A stretch of DNA of 64,000 nt. Origin: a virus. The stretch spans positions 1 through 64,000 of IMG/VR virus record IMGVR_UViG_3300042561_000572; one strand, written 5' to 3'. The first letter of the stretch is position 1; each line of letters opens with the position of its first letter. This document shows positions 49,875 to 61,180 of this stretch, piece after piece. Made by a program: the position numbers and the translations under genes. A model generated the notes under the pieces. The model was not told the DNA's origin. It saw only the letters and a program-made list of their open reading frames with translations, and searched no databases.

Positions 49875-51104
49875 ATGCAGTATCCTGTATTAAACACTAA
49901 ATCTATTGAAGCTAATATATCAGAAACAAAAGCAAAGATACCTCTCTTAATAAAAGGTAATTGGCATGTTCCTGGATATGGTTTAATGAGAGTTACAGAT
50001 AGCTATATTGAAAAACTTAAAGATAACTACAAATCAAATGTATTAGGTTTTAAACCATATGCAACCCTAGGTCATCCAACTGATTCACCTGATCCAGCAA
50101 GCATTGATGGAGAAAGAAAAAGAGGAGACTTAGAAGATATAGTAGTAGAGAATGATATAGTATATGGAGTATATGATATTAACTTAGAAACATATAATCT
50201 TATTAAAAATGGGGATTATGAATATAGTTCACCTGAGATTCAACAAAACTTTAAAGATAAAGTAACAGGAGAATCAAAAGGACCTACTTTACTAAGGACA
50301 GCATTAACAAATGCACCTTTTATGCCTTTCAATGATAATAAGATAGTAGCTTTATCACAAAGTAATAATACTAATAATGAAGAGATTATAAGTCCAATAT
50401 GTATTAAACTATCAACTACTATTAGTGTTAATACACAAACAATAGAACCAACAATAGAAACAAAAACAGAACAAGAATATATAAAAATGTCAACCACTCC
50501 AATTGAAGTAACAACTCCTTCTGTATCTACCCCTTCTGAAGTTAAACAATCTGTAGATATTGAAGCAATTCTAACTAAAGTATTAAGCACTCAAGCAGAA
50601 ACATTTACTAATACTATTAACAGTCTTACAACTAAGTTTGATGAAAGTGTAAATAATGTTATTAGTCAAACATCTGAGACTGTAGCTGCACTAGCAAGTG
50701 AAGTTCAAAGCATGAAGAGTCAAGTATCTGATGTACTAACTAAAGCAAATGAATTTGATAAGACTGCACAATATGTAACTAGTCTATCTAGCAGTGATAA
50801 AGCAAGACAACTTAATAGTAAACTAAAGGGTTTGTTTGATTCTGGTGTTACTCCTGCTGCAATTTCTCTAACTAAGAAGCTAATTGAAAATGAAGGTAAT
50901 TCTGTAGTTAAGTTATCTATTAATGGTGCAGAAACTGATGTATCATTTGAAGATTCTTTAATTGAATTAGTTAAACTAAGTTCTACTAGTTTTCAAGATG
51001 AGTTTCAAGTAGGTGCTCAATCTACTCCTGTTAAAGCAAACTATATTAATCAAGTAATTGAAGCTAATAGAGCTAAAGCAGAATCTGGTAAGATTAAGAA
51101 ATAA
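49875..51104 (+). CDS. Prohead protease/scaffold (Mu gpI-like)
   Basis: YEYSSPE, GPTLLRTALTNAPF, coiled-coil C-terminal half; precedes capsid gene. Confidence 0.85.
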   Translation: MQYPVLNTKSIEANISETKAKIPLLIKGNWHVPGYGLMRVTDSYIEKLKDNYKSNVLGFKPYATLGHPTDSPDPASIDGERKRGDLEDIVVENDIVYGVYDINLETYNLIKNGDYEYSSPEIQQNFKDKVTGESKGPTLLRTALTNAPFMPFNDNKIVALSQSNNTNNEEIISPICIKLSTTISVNTQTIEPTIETKTEQEYIKMSTTPIEVTTPSVSTPSEVKQSVDIEAILTKVLSTQAETFTNTINSLTTKFDESVNNVISQTSETVAALASEVQSMKSQVSDVLTKANEFDKTAQYVTSLSSSDKARQLNSKLKGLFDSGVTPAAISLTKKLIENEGNSVVKLSINGAETDVSFEDSLIELVKLSSTSFQDEFQVGAQSTPVKANYINQVIEANRAKAESGKIKK

Positions 51105-51145
51105 ATATAAACTAATAAATAATAATAATAAATAAGAGAATATAA

Positions 51146-52465
51146 ATGGCATTACAACAAATTCCTTCTTTTAATATGGATGCATATGCATCTCCTTGGG
51201 AAACAGTAAGTACTAGTGAAAAACCAGGTGTACCTACTTATTTAGAACTAGCTAAGTCTTTCTTACCTTTAGTTGGTTCAACTCCCCTAAAAGAACTATT
51301 TCCTGATCAAACCATCAAACAACCTATTGTTGCAATTGAACAAAGATTTGAAACAAGTGGTACTTTACTTCCTCCTGTTAAATTTGGTGAACCAGATCAA
51401 CTATTAGGAGTTTCTCAATACACAACTCAAAGAAGATATATTCAACCTTTATACCTTAGAGGATCACATTATATTAGTTGGGGTGATGTAAACATTAGAA
51501 TCAAAGATGGCACCTTAAATGACTTTGAAGATCCACAAGCTTATGTTACAAAGCAAGTTGAAAAGCTAGTTGAAACACATAACCTAACATGGGATGTTTA
51601 TAGAGGTCTAACTCTTCTTGGTGGTATTAATTATACTGATCCTAGAAGTGGTCAACCAGTTAGTGTTTCTGCTCAGATTCCTGCTCATAACTTCTGGTCT
51701 TATAACAATGTAAATGGTTATAGAGGAAGAAATGAAGCTAACTTGTTTAGAGGTTTGATTGATTATAATACTCCTCAAGCTTCTACTGCTGGTGTACCTT
51801 GGACTGAGCCAGATGCTGCTATTGTAAGTTGTATTCAAAAGTTTGTTTATTGGTTTAAAACCACCAATAAAACTAGAGTAACTGCTATGTATATTCACCC
51901 TGACTTGAAGCAAATCATTAGTGAAAACAATGAAATTAAACTTCAAACTGGTGGTCTTATTCCTAGATTTGGTGCTCAAACTGGTGATAAGCAAGTTATG
52001 ATTAATAACACTGGTGGTGGCTATCAAGTTGAAGCTAATGAACTAGCTGCTAATGCATTTGGTTCTATTGGTGTGGGCCCCGAAGGTATTATGTCCATTG
52101 CGGGTGTACCTATTAGAACAGTTGAAACTTGGTATAGAGATCCTGTAGATGGTGTAAGGAAGTATCTATGGCCTAGAAATAAGGTTGTATTTGTATCTGA
52201 AGTTAATCCTGATGGTACTTATGAAGCTCCTGGTAGAACACAATATTGTGTATCAGAAGAAAGTGGTGGTGAACCTGGACTTTGGATGAGAGAGCAAAGA
52301 GATACTCCTATTCCTGCTGCTCCTGGTATGTACTTGCAACTAGGTAATGCTGGCCTTCCTTATCTCCTATATCCTCATAGAGTTGCTCATATGACTGTTG
52401 GTACAATTCAAGATATTAATACTAGAATTGGTATTTTAGGCGATTTGGGCTATGGCAGTATCTAA
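51146..52465 (+). CDS. Major capsid protein (HK97 fold, lambda gpE-like)
   Basis: 439 aa, position after protease, GLPYL near C-terminus. Confidence 0.85.
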   Translation: MALQQIPSFNMDAYASPWETVSTSEKPGVPTYLELAKSFLPLVGSTPLKELFPDQTIKQPIVAIEQRFETSGTLLPPVKFGEPDQLLGVSQYTTQRRYIQPLYLRGSHYISWGDVNIRIKDGTLNDFEDPQAYVTKQVEKLVETHNLTWDVYRGLTLLGGINYTDPRSGQPVSVSAQIPAHNFWSYNNVNGYRGRNEANLFRGLIDYNTPQASTAGVPWTEPDAAIVSCIQKFVYWFKTTNKTRVTAMYIHPDLKQIISENNEIKLQTGGLIPRFGAQTGDKQVMINNTGGGYQVEANELAANAFGSIGVGPEGIMSIAGVPIRTVETWYRDPVDGVRKYLWPRNKVVFVSEVNPDGTYEAPGRTQYCVSEESGGEPGLWMREQRDTPIPAAPGMYLQLGNAGLPYLLYPHRVAHMTVGTIQDINTRIGILGDLGYGSI

Positions 52466-52565
52466 CCTCTAAAAGATACACTTAAGTCTAAACCAAGTAT
52501 CTTTTAAAAACTGGGTTACGGTCCTTCATAATCTAGTTTACAAAAGATACATAATAGAATATAAT

Positions 52566-52598
52566 AAAGGGAGTAAACAACTACTCCCTTTATTTTTT
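52566..52598 (+). terminator. Hairpin plus U-tract directly before the GIY-YIG start codon
   Basis: AAAGGGAGTA-AACAAC-TACTCCCTTTATTTTTT-ATG. Confidence 0.75.
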
Positions 52599-53456
52599 AT
52601 GAGAAACAAATTATCTGGTATATATTCTTTTACAAATAAAACAACTGGTAAAAGATATATTGGACAAACAGTATATTTAAATGGTAGAAAAGGAGATCAT
52701 TTATTAAATCTTAGAAGGAATCAACATGATAATGATTATCTTCAAAAAGCTTTTAATAAATATGGTGAAAAAGACTTTATATTTGAAGTGTTAGAAGTGG
52801 TGCCAAAGTTAGAAGATGGTACTAATGATAAAGTTAAATTAACTGAAAGAGAGCAGTACTGGATGGATTTTTATAAGTCTTATGATAGAGATTATGGTTA
52901 TAATATTAATCCTTCAGCAAGTATGAATCCAATGCAGGGTAAAACACATACCCCAGAAGCTAGAAAGAAGATTAGTGAAGCAGCTTATAATAGACCTCCT
53001 AGAAAAGTAATTTTACCTACATATATTCCTAATCCTGATATTAAAGATAGTATAGACAGTAAATTTGAATATACTGTAGAACATATTAATGGTAATACAT
53101 ATATTTTAGATGATAATAGTTTTATAGATTTTTGCAGACAATTACATTTAGATGATGCTAGATTATTTAGATGTTTATACTTTAAAGAGTTTTATTATGG
53201 ATTAAAAGGCTCTATAAAAGTATTAAATAAGTGGGGAGAATATCATATACATCAGTGTAATACTCAACAGAAAAACGCCGTAGTATATAGATATTATTTA
53301 AAAGATGAAACTGGAACAGAACATATAACTGATAATCTAAATAATTTTTGTAGGATTAATAGATTAAGCAGAACACATATGGGAAATGTAGTAAATAAAA
53401 ACAAATACTATAAAGGATGGACTGGTTATAAAGTTTCTCTAAAAGATATAAAATAA
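52599..53456 (+). CDS. GIY-YIG homing endonuclease with NUMOD3-like motif
   Basis: SGIYSFTNKTTGKRYIGQT, EREQYW, GYN, GKTHTPEARKKIS. Confidence 0.95.
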   Translation: MRNKLSGIYSFTNKTTGKRYIGQTVYLNGRKGDHLLNLRRNQHDNDYLQKAFNKYGEKDFIFEVLEVVPKLEDGTNDKVKLTEREQYWMDFYKSYDRDYGYNINPSASMNPMQGKTHTPEARKKISEAAYNRPPRKVILPTYIPNPDIKDSIDSKFEYTVEHINGNTYILDDNSFIDFCRQLHLDDARLFRCLYFKEFYYGLKGSIKVLNKWGEYHIHQCNTQQKNAVVYRYYLKDETGTEHITDNLNNFCRINRLSRTHMGNVVNKNKYYKGWTGYKVSLKDIK

Positions 53457-53460
53457 ATAA

Positions 53461-53500
53461 TAAAAAGAGGTTAGATTTTATTTTCTAACCTCTTTTTATT
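53461..53500. terminator. Bidirectional terminator
   Basis: AAAAAGAGGTTAGA..TCTAACCTCTTTTT between convergent genes. Confidence 0.8.
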
Positions 53501-53539
53501 ATTTAAACTTAAGTGTATTTAACCTTTATTATTTAAAAT

Positions 53540-53839
53540 CTAACTATCATTTAAATGCTCTGATTTCCACATAATACTTAAGCTTGATAGATCTGCATGT
53601 ATAACAATATATCCTTTTTTAATTAACTCTTTATATATGTATATAGAATATGTTAAATCTTTAACTTGTAAGTCAAAATAAAACTGTTCTGCCCTTGATC
53701 TAATTAGATCTGCAACCTTTTGTAATTCCATTTCCTTAGTGCCAGTATTAGCTAATTTATTAGCTTCTTTAGCACTTAATAATGGCAGTATTTCCTTCTC
53801 TTTAACACTTGTATTAATACTACTATCTTTAACTATCAT
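53540..53839 (-). CDS. Hypothetical protein
   Basis: 99-aa ORF. Confidence 0.65.
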   Translation of the reverse strand: MIVKDSSINTSVKEKEILPLLSAKEANKLANTGTKEMELQKVADLIRSRAEQFYFDLQVKDLTYSIYIYKELIKKGYIVIHADLSSLSIMWKSEHLNDS

Positions 53840-53987
53840 TTATGTGCCTACTTTATGTTATAAAAGCCTACAATAATATAGCATTATAATATAAAGTATA
53901 ACAATATAAAGTAAGTTAAAAAAGAATACTTACAATAAATAAATATAAAAAGAATACTTATAATAAATAAATATAAAAGAGAAATAA

Positions 53988-55145
53988 ATGGGTTTATACA
54001 ACATTAATCAAATCCTTAGAGGTGCTAGAAATGCTGGTGGTGTAAAGACTTACAACCAAGCATCAGTAACTACTAAGCCAACAGCAGCTATTGCTGGTAC
54101 TACTATTACTTTTAGTGGGGGTGCAATTGAAGTAGAGGGTAAAGAATATGGTTTTTCAACCTTTGATTTTAGTACCTTTTCTGCTCTTTTGAAAGCATCT
54201 ACAACTTATGTTTTAAGTGCTGTTCCTACTTATTTAGAGCCTGCTGATCAAAGTGCAGCAGTTTCTGCTGGTGTTAACTATGTTGTAACACAAACTGCTC
54301 TTGGTGAATCAGTATTAAATTACTTCATGAATCCATCTGCTATTAGTGGTATTAATGCTTTAGGCGGTGAACAAGCAGTAAGAGAAAGAGTACAATTAGG
54401 TACTGCAACCGAAGCAGATTATAGAGCTTTTAACTTCTTCTCCAGTGAAAGAGAAAAGCTAGCTGACCCTAGATATGGTACAGGTCTACAATTGCCTATT
54501 ACTGGTATTAAATATGTATTAACTGAAGTATCAGCACAAGATAATAGTTCTAAGTCTAATGTATTAAGTACTTTTACATATAATGATTTTGCTAAATTTA
54601 GAGCTACTCAAGGTGACATTCCTGCTGAATTTAAAGTATTAGCAACTGCTGCTGCTGTAACAGCTTATGAAACGCCATCTAAGACTTTCTTGTGTAAGAG
54701 AATCTTTGGTTATACTTCTTTAAACAATGCTAATGCAAACATTGGTGGTGTTGAAATTGCAGTTTATAATAAAACAACTGGTGCTCTTTTAGCTACTCCT
54801 TTTACCAATCCTACTAACATTTCAACTGAAGCTAGTGTAAGTTCTTTGACTCACTTTACAGTATATGAATATTATAGTCCTTCTTATATGGAACTAGGTA
54901 ATGTTGGAACTAAAGATAAAGTACTAAACATCCTATCTAATAAAGAAGCATCTGGTCTTGGTAGAATCAATCCTATTTACTTAGATAATCCTTTTAGTAT
55001 TCAAAGATCTTCACTAATGAATACTAAAGCTAGACCCGCTTTAACTCTTTATAACAATCCTTGTGATCTAGTTAAAGTAACAGTATCTAGTTTAGGTCCT
55101 GTAGTACTTAGCTCACTTGTTCCTGTATATGATACACTACTGTAA
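53988..55145 (+). CDS. Putative virion structural protein
   Basis: 385 aa, Thr/Ala/Ser-rich, within head-neck module. Confidence 0.65.
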   Translation: MGLYNINQILRGARNAGGVKTYNQASVTTKPTAAIAGTTITFSGGAIEVEGKEYGFSTFDFSTFSALLKASTTYVLSAVPTYLEPADQSAAVSAGVNYVVTQTALGESVLNYFMNPSAISGINALGGEQAVRERVQLGTATEADYRAFNFFSSEREKLADPRYGTGLQLPITGIKYVLTEVSAQDNSSKSNVLSTFTYNDFAKFRATQGDIPAEFKVLATAAAVTAYETPSKTFLCKRIFGYTSLNNANANIGGVEIAVYNKTTGALLATPFTNPTNISTEASVSSLTHFTVYEYYSPSYMELGNVGTKDKVLNILSNKEASGLGRINPIYLDNPFSIQRSSLMNTKARPALTLYNNPCDLVKVTVSSLGPVVLSSLVPVYDTLL

Positions 55146-55181
55146 TAACTACAAATTAACAATAAATAGGTACATCTAAAC

Positions 55182-55838
55182 ATGTTTGATCCAAACATTA
55201 AAGTTAGAGTAGTAGCTGATTATAAATATAAAGATGGGAGTTACTTAGTTGCTAACTCCTATCTTTCCTTTGATATTTATGACAGTACTAAGATAGCAGA
55301 ACTAATTGATCTATATAATTCAAATTATGAATATAAAGATCATATTGAGTTACCTTCTATAGATTCTTTACCATTCCATGTAAAACAACAACTACAAGAA
55401 ACATATAAGTTTAATAAACCACAAGAAGCAGATGGTTATCTACCTCCTAGTGATAAACCTTTATATGAAACAGTTGATGATACATACTCTCCTTTTGCTC
55501 CTTCTCCTTATGAAGATAAAGATAACTTTGAAGTTCTAGCAGATAATACATATGAACCTAAAGTTGAAGAACCTAGATTTATAGAATTAACTCCTCCTTC
55601 ACCTTCAGTAGCAGAAGTAAAAGATGTAGTTAAAGAAGAAGTAAAAGAAGTAACTAAAGAAGAGCCAGTAGTTGAACAAGTATATAGTGTTTATATCCAA
55701 CAACTACTTAAACTAACTAAGGAACAATTAGAAGATAAAAGTGCTGCTGATATTAAAAAGGCAGTATTAGAAGTAGATTCTAAATATGAATATACTAACA
55801 AAATAGAAGCTATAAAATATTTATTAACTATTAAATAA
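55182..55838 (+). CDS. Hypothetical protein with acidic Pro-rich linker
   Basis: 218-aa ORF. Confidence 0.7.
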   Translation: MFDPNIKVRVVADYKYKDGSYLVANSYLSFDIYDSTKIAELIDLYNSNYEYKDHIELPSIDSLPFHVKQQLQETYKFNKPQEADGYLPPSDKPLYETVDDTYSPFAPSPYEDKDNFEVLADNTYEPKVEEPRFIELTPPSPSVAEVKDVVKEEVKEVTKEEPVVEQVYSVYIQQLLKLTKEQLEDKSAADIKKAVLEVDSKYEYTNKIEAIKYLLTIK

Positions 55839-55847
55839 TAAACAATA

Positions 55848-57773
55848 ATGAACTTTGCACAAGACATACAAAGTAGTCTTGATACAGTCAACTTTATAAA
55901 ACTAGTAAGGCCTCTATGTGTATTAACACAAGGGGCTTCTTTTATAACTGATGATGACATATTGTTTCAAGGCTACAATCAATTTAATAACATAGGGCTT
56001 GTATTATCTGCTGCTAAAGATAAAGATAATACACAATTATTTAAAATACCAACAACATATCAAGCTGTATTAGGTTTAATGACAAACTCTGAATATAGTT
56101 CAGGTTTAGTCAATGTAGCAGCAGAATTAACAGCAGCTAATATTATTAGATCATTACCACTCAATGACTCTTTAAAGTTAATTGAAAGAGGAAACACATT
56201 AGAAACAAGAGCATATTCTAACTTAGATAGAATTATATTCTTATATACATCTGCATCAGCAGTATCAACAAATGTATCAATTAGTACATCTAATGATTTC
56301 TTTTTCTTCTCACCTGATATAGATAGAACAACTATTTTAGATAGTCAATTTGATGTTGGATTAGAAACAGAATCAGTTAAGTTAACAGGTGTTAAAACAG
56401 TTAAAACATTATCAGTTGATCCTAATCAAGTCTCCTTTATATACTACAACATATTAAAGTCTGAACCAGGAACACCACCATTATTAAATGAAGGTATAAC
56501 TATAGTAAATAATGGACAAGATATAGAGAACTTTATATATCAATTATCATCTGATATAAACACTTTATGTACTAATGTTTATTCAACTGGAACAGCAACT
56601 TATCCCTTCTCTAACTTAATAGCAGAACCAACAAGAACTCAAAATATAGACTCAAATATATCTATAAAGAAAAGTAACTTTTATACAAACACTGCTACAT
56701 TTTTAAATAAGACAGCAACATTTACTCTTAGAACATTTAGTGTTTATTTAGAGTTTGCAGCTAGAAGATTATCTACTACTGTATCAAGAGAAGCTATTAC
56801 TATTAGACCTTTAACAATCCATAAAGCTGCTTTATTAACACCTTATACATCCTATAAAGGAACATATAGTACAACTACTTTATACTCTTTAAATGATGTT
56901 GTTATAAGTAATAATATAGGTTATAAAGTAATACTTGCATCACCTCCTGTAAACAGTATAACTAACACTACTTATTGGCAACAGTTAAATGTATCTAATG
57001 TAAGTTATACATCTAATGATTTATTAGTTAGAAAGTCCACTTATATAAAGAATTATGTTGATGGTTTATTAATTGGTAAACAAACATCAAACTATTTTAA
57101 CTATCAATCATTACAGCTAGAAGGGCCTTTATCAGCCATTATTGATGTTAATAAAGGTACAGTTAGTTCAGCTTCAGCTACAACAACAGGATCAACTTCA
57201 ATTGATCACAAAGTTGAAATAGATACCTTTTACTTTAGTTATTCAAATCCTTTAACACCCTATTGTACTTCTGCTGGAACTCTTCTATTTAGAATATCAA
57301 CTTTATTTGAAGATGTTCCTTGGATACCAATAAACATAGAACTTGGAGATCAGCCAGAAGATGTAGCATTTAAGTTATTACAAGGTATATTAGAGTATAG
57401 AGTAGAGCAAGATACTAAAGTAGTAGGTGCTCAAATATATAAAGATGCAGTTTATATAAATGCTTATAAGATTACAAATCCAGAAGTAAGAGTAGTAGTT
57501 GATATTAAATTTGAAAATGTAGAAGGAATAACAGTTGCATCTTATTATCATTTAGTTGCACCAGCTATAACAAGTTATGCTACAGCACCTAGATCTGTAG
57601 CAGTTACAACTGTGTTAAGAGTAACTAATAATCCCTCAACAGATCAAACAATAAATAAAGGAGCATCCGCTATTGATTTTGGAAGTAGAAGTAATAGTAC
57701 TATGAATAGAGTAAAAGATAAGATAGCTTTATTAAATGATGTTATAGGAAGTCAATATGCATGGAGTAGATAA
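55848..57773 (+). CDS. Putative neck/head-tail protein with CBM5/12-like insert
   Basis: YKGTYSTTTLYSLNDVV...YWQQ; position before tail genes. Confidence 0.55.
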   Translation: MNFAQDIQSSLDTVNFIKLVRPLCVLTQGASFITDDDILFQGYNQFNNIGLVLSAAKDKDNTQLFKIPTTYQAVLGLMTNSEYSSGLVNVAAELTAANIIRSLPLNDSLKLIERGNTLETRAYSNLDRIIFLYTSASAVSTNVSISTSNDFFFFSPDIDRTTILDSQFDVGLETESVKLTGVKTVKTLSVDPNQVSFIYYNILKSEPGTPPLLNEGITIVNNGQDIENFIYQLSSDINTLCTNVYSTGTATYPFSNLIAEPTRTQNIDSNISIKKSNFYTNTATFLNKTATFTLRTFSVYLEFAARRLSTTVSREAITIRPLTIHKAALLTPYTSYKGTYSTTTLYSLNDVVISNNIGYKVILASPPVNSITNTTYWQQLNVSNVSYTSNDLLVRKSTYIKNYVDGLLIGKQTSNYFNYQSLQLEGPLSAIIDVNKGTVSSASATTTGSTSIDHKVEIDTFYFSYSNPLTPYCTSAGTLLFRISTLFEDVPWIPINIELGDQPEDVAFKLLQGILEYRVEQDTKVVGAQIYKDAVYINAYKITNPEVRVVVDIKFENVEGITVASYYHLVAPAITSYATAPRSVAVTTVLRVTNNPSTDQTINKGASAIDFGSRSNSTMNRVKDKIALLNDVIGSQYAWSR

Positions 57774-58431
57774 AGTATGTATCAGTATTGCTAAAGGTAT
57801 TGCAAGTCATCCTCTTATACTTGCAAATCTAATAGTTAATCCAATAACAAATGAACCTGTACCAATTTCAAGTTATAGATTATATGGTGGATTAGAGACA
57901 TCATCTAACACTTTAACATGTGCTGTATATCCAGCACCTATATCATCATTAACTGCAAAATCAGCATCATCACAAACAGCATCTATTGTATATAAACCTT
58001 ACAACTTAGGTAGTGAAACTGATGAAGTAATGTCAATGATACATATTAGTTTTTACTTTAATAGTGTTACCTCTGGCTCTCAATCAACCCCTTTAATTCT
58101 AGAAAATATGCCTACACAATTACCTATTAGTAATGATGAAATAGTAATAGAAAATAGCACAAATATAGAATTATATACAGATGTAGCTTTACATATATTA
58201 AGTCAATGTATTGAGTTATTAAGACTAATAATATATGAAATTAAAATAGATGACTTAAAGACTAAAGTAGAACTACTAAGATCATCATTTATTGGAGGTG
58301 AGTGGGAAAAAGATCCATACTTTAAAGAGGTAATGACAGCTTGTTTAGTTACCACTTATCTACCAAAAGCAGCAAAAACAAATCCAATAATACAAGATAT
58401 AAAATATAACATAAACAATGAGAATTCCTGA
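57757..58431 (+). CDS. Putative tail completion protein
   Basis: 224 aa, immediately before sheath; call is positional. Confidence 0.5.
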   Translation: MHGVDKVCISIAKGIASHPLILANLIVNPITNEPVPISSYRLYGGLETSSNTLTCAVYPAPISSLTAKSASSQTASIVYKPYNLGSETDEVMSMIHISFYFNSVTSGSQSTPLILENMPTQLPISNDEIVIENSTNIELYTDVALHILSQCIELLRLIIYEIKIDDLKTKVELLRSSFIGGEWEKDPYFKEVMTACLVTTYLPKAAKTNPIIQDIKYNINNENS

Positions 58432-61180
58432 AGTTATTTTTAATGAGACACCCTCTTTAGGAGCCCCAATAAACACTACTGTTTCTAATAGAGTTGCTAT
58501 TGTAGGTGAGTTTACAAAAGGACCAACTAATACTATTTTACTATCAGAGTTTAAAGACTTTGCAAGGATATATGGTTATGATACTGGTACTGCAAACTTA
58601 TCCTTTCAAGCAGCATATGATCAAGGTGCTAGAGAATTTGGAATTAAAAGAGTAATTGGTCAAGCAGTTCCCCCAAAAATTGATTTATTAATTAGTGGTA
58701 TTGCTACAAAACAAAACAATTTAACAGTTAACTTAAAGTTTGTTGGACAACCAATAAGCACAGCAACTAGTTATATTGAAACATTTATTAGTTCTAGTGG
58801 TAGTTATACTGGTACAACTGATAAAAGATATTTGTTTAAAGTTACCCAAGGTCCTATTACACTTAATGCTACTTATAATCAAGCAACAGCAGCTTCCACT
58901 ATTACTACATCAATTGCTAATGCAGCTAAAGTAGTAATTGGCTCTAAGATTGCAAGTGCAGAATCTAATGTATTAACTACCCCAACAACTACCACTATAA
59001 CAGCAGTTAATCCTCTAACTGGAGTTATTACTTTATCAGCTCCTTTAGTAACAGGAGTAGCGGGTTATGGTGAGTTTACACTTACTAATAAAGCAACATT
59101 AAAGTGGGTTGTATTACCCATTAATCAATACCCATTTGCAACTAATCTACCTACTGTTAATTGGGGGGATGATAGTGCTGATATTCCTACTTATGTTAAT
59201 ACACTTGGTACAACAGTTACAGGTGCAGTATTAGGAAGTGCTTTAGATCTAACAACTGATGCAGGTATTTATAAAGTAATAGCTGAAGGTATATCTATTA
59301 GATTTAGTGTAACAGGAGTACCAATTGAAGTATATCCTGGAGAACAATTTACATTAAGAGTTAACTCTGCTGAGTATTTGATTCCAATTGCAGAAGGAGC
59401 AACTTCATCTGATGTTATTAATAACATTCAGGATATTATGGGAGGCATTGCACCTATTGGTCTAGTTAAAAGATTAGAAAATGAATTAGGTACATCCTTA
59501 TTCTTATCAGAAGAAATTGTTAGTCAACCTCTTGAGTTCTTTGACTTAGATGAACCTAATAGAGTAACAATTGCAAGTGGTTATAGTTTATGGGTTGATT
59601 TAGATGAACCAGATGGACAGGTAGTAGTTACAGGTTCAGCTACAAGTGCATCTACATCACTAACAGTTTCAGATGCAACTAACATTGCAATTGATAGTAT
59701 TGTATCTGGTACTAGTATTGTTCAAGGCACTACTGTTATTAGTAAAACTGGTAATGTATTAACACTATCAGATCCTGTATCAGCAAACATTGTTAGTGGT
59801 ACTATTACATTCTCTAACTTAAATGGTATTAACTTTAGTAATTATGGATCTCTTAATAAGAGTGGATTCTCTGCTACATCTAATAATGCTAGAAATGCAT
59901 TTGTAACTACTTATTCTTCTGATGGATATCCTTTAGTTAGATTTACTGCTATTAGTCCTGGTCAATGGGGTAATGGCATCTCATTATCTATCAACAGCAT
60001 TGGTGCTAGTAGATTTAATGTTGTAATTGAAGATACTAATACTAATACAAATGATAAAGAAATTGAATCATTTACAGTTAATCTATTAACGGATGTAGCT
60101 GCTGATGGCACAATTAACTCAATTGCATCTTCATATGTTAGAGCTGATTATATTCCAGTATCAGTTGGTAGTAATCAATTTCCTGCTCAAATAGTAAATA
60201 GAACTCCTCAAAGATTAGCACCTGCTAATCCTTTTATAACTACAGTAACAGACATTAGACATATTAGTTATGTAGGTAATAACAAGTTATCTAACATCTT
60301 CTTAAAGAGAGGTTATGATGGCCCAGTTCCAACTGAAACTGATTACATTAATGCTGTTAATTCACTCTCACAAGAAAGAGTTAACTTTATTGTAGTAGCT
60401 AATGAATTGGGAGCTAGAACAGCAGTAAGACAAGCACAATTATCAGTTGCTGGTAATAGTGGTGAACTAGAGGGTAGAAAGATTGCAATCCTAACATCTA
60501 CTAGAAACTTAACAGCAGCAAGAGCTAGATTAGAAACAGTTGGTATTAACACTGAAAGAGGTGTTTATGTTGCAGGTTGGGCTACATATAGTGGTGGTAT
60601 TGGAGCTAGTAGATTCTCTATTCCTTTAAGTGTATTTTATGCTGGTAAGTTAGGTTATATATCAGAGAACCTTAGTCCTAATGCTAGAACAAGTGCTGGT
60701 TCTATTCAAGGAATCATTGAAACTGATCTAGATCAATACAAATCTATTAGTTCTAAACAACAATTTATAGATACTAAAGTTGACATGATTTCAATTGATC
60801 CTGCATTATCTGGTTACTTTGTAGTACAAGGTAGAACACTAACTGATATTACTGGTAAAGATAGAATTAACTTAGTTAGAATTAATGACAAGATTAGAAG
60901 AGATCTATTCTTTAACCTACAAAGTTATAAAGGTGAAACCAATTCTAAAGTAGTTAGAACACAGATTGCATCTGCTATATCTGCTTATATGAGTACTCTT
61001 GCTAGAAGTGGTTATATTACTAGTTATAACCAACCAGTCATTGATGAAACAAATAATCCATCTAGTGCATATTACACAGGTACATTAAACATATCTTTAA
61101 GTTATAGTCCCATATATCCTATAGATGCAATAGTGATTACTTTAACCAGAGATGTGTCTGGTAATGTTTCAGTAGCTTAA
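58418..61180 (+). CDS. Contractile tail sheath protein
   Basis: AIVGEFTKGP, ISPGQWGN, GYDG, QGRTL..RINLVR, IDETNNP. Confidence 0.95.
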   Translation: MRIPEVIFNETPSLGAPINTTVSNRVAIVGEFTKGPTNTILLSEFKDFARIYGYDTGTANLSFQAAYDQGAREFGIKRVIGQAVPPKIDLLISGIATKQNNLTVNLKFVGQPISTATSYIETFISSSGSYTGTTDKRYLFKVTQGPITLNATYNQATAASTITTSIANAAKVVIGSKIASAESNVLTTPTTTTITAVNPLTGVITLSAPLVTGVAGYGEFTLTNKATLKWVVLPINQYPFATNLPTVNWGDDSADIPTYVNTLGTTVTGAVLGSALDLTTDAGIYKVIAEGISIRFSVTGVPIEVYPGEQFTLRVNSAEYLIPIAEGATSSDVINNIQDIMGGIAPIGLVKRLENELGTSLFLSEEIVSQPLEFFDLDEPNRVTIASGYSLWVDLDEPDGQVVVTGSATSASTSLTVSDATNIAIDSIVSGTSIVQGTTVISKTGNVLTLSDPVSANIVSGTITFSNLNGINFSNYGSLNKSGFSATSNNARNAFVTTYSSDGYPLVRFTAISPGQWGNGISLSINSIGASRFNVVIEDTNTNTNDKEIESFTVNLLTDVAADGTINSIASSYVRADYIPVSVGSNQFPAQIVNRTPQRLAPANPFITTVTDIRHISYVGNNKLSNIFLKRGYDGPVPTETDYINAVNSLSQERVNFIVVANELGARTAVRQAQLSVAGNSGELEGRKIAILTSTRNLTAARARLETVGINTERGVYVAGWATYSGGIGASRFSIPLSVFYAGKLGYISENLSPNARTSAGSIQGIIETDLDQYKSISSKQQFIDTKVDMISIDPALSGYFVVQGRTLTDITGKDRINLVRINDKIRRDLFFNLQSYKGETNSKVVRTQIASAISAYMSTLARSGYITSYNQPVIDETNNPSSAYYTGTLNISLSYSPIYPIDAIVITLTRDVSGNVSVA

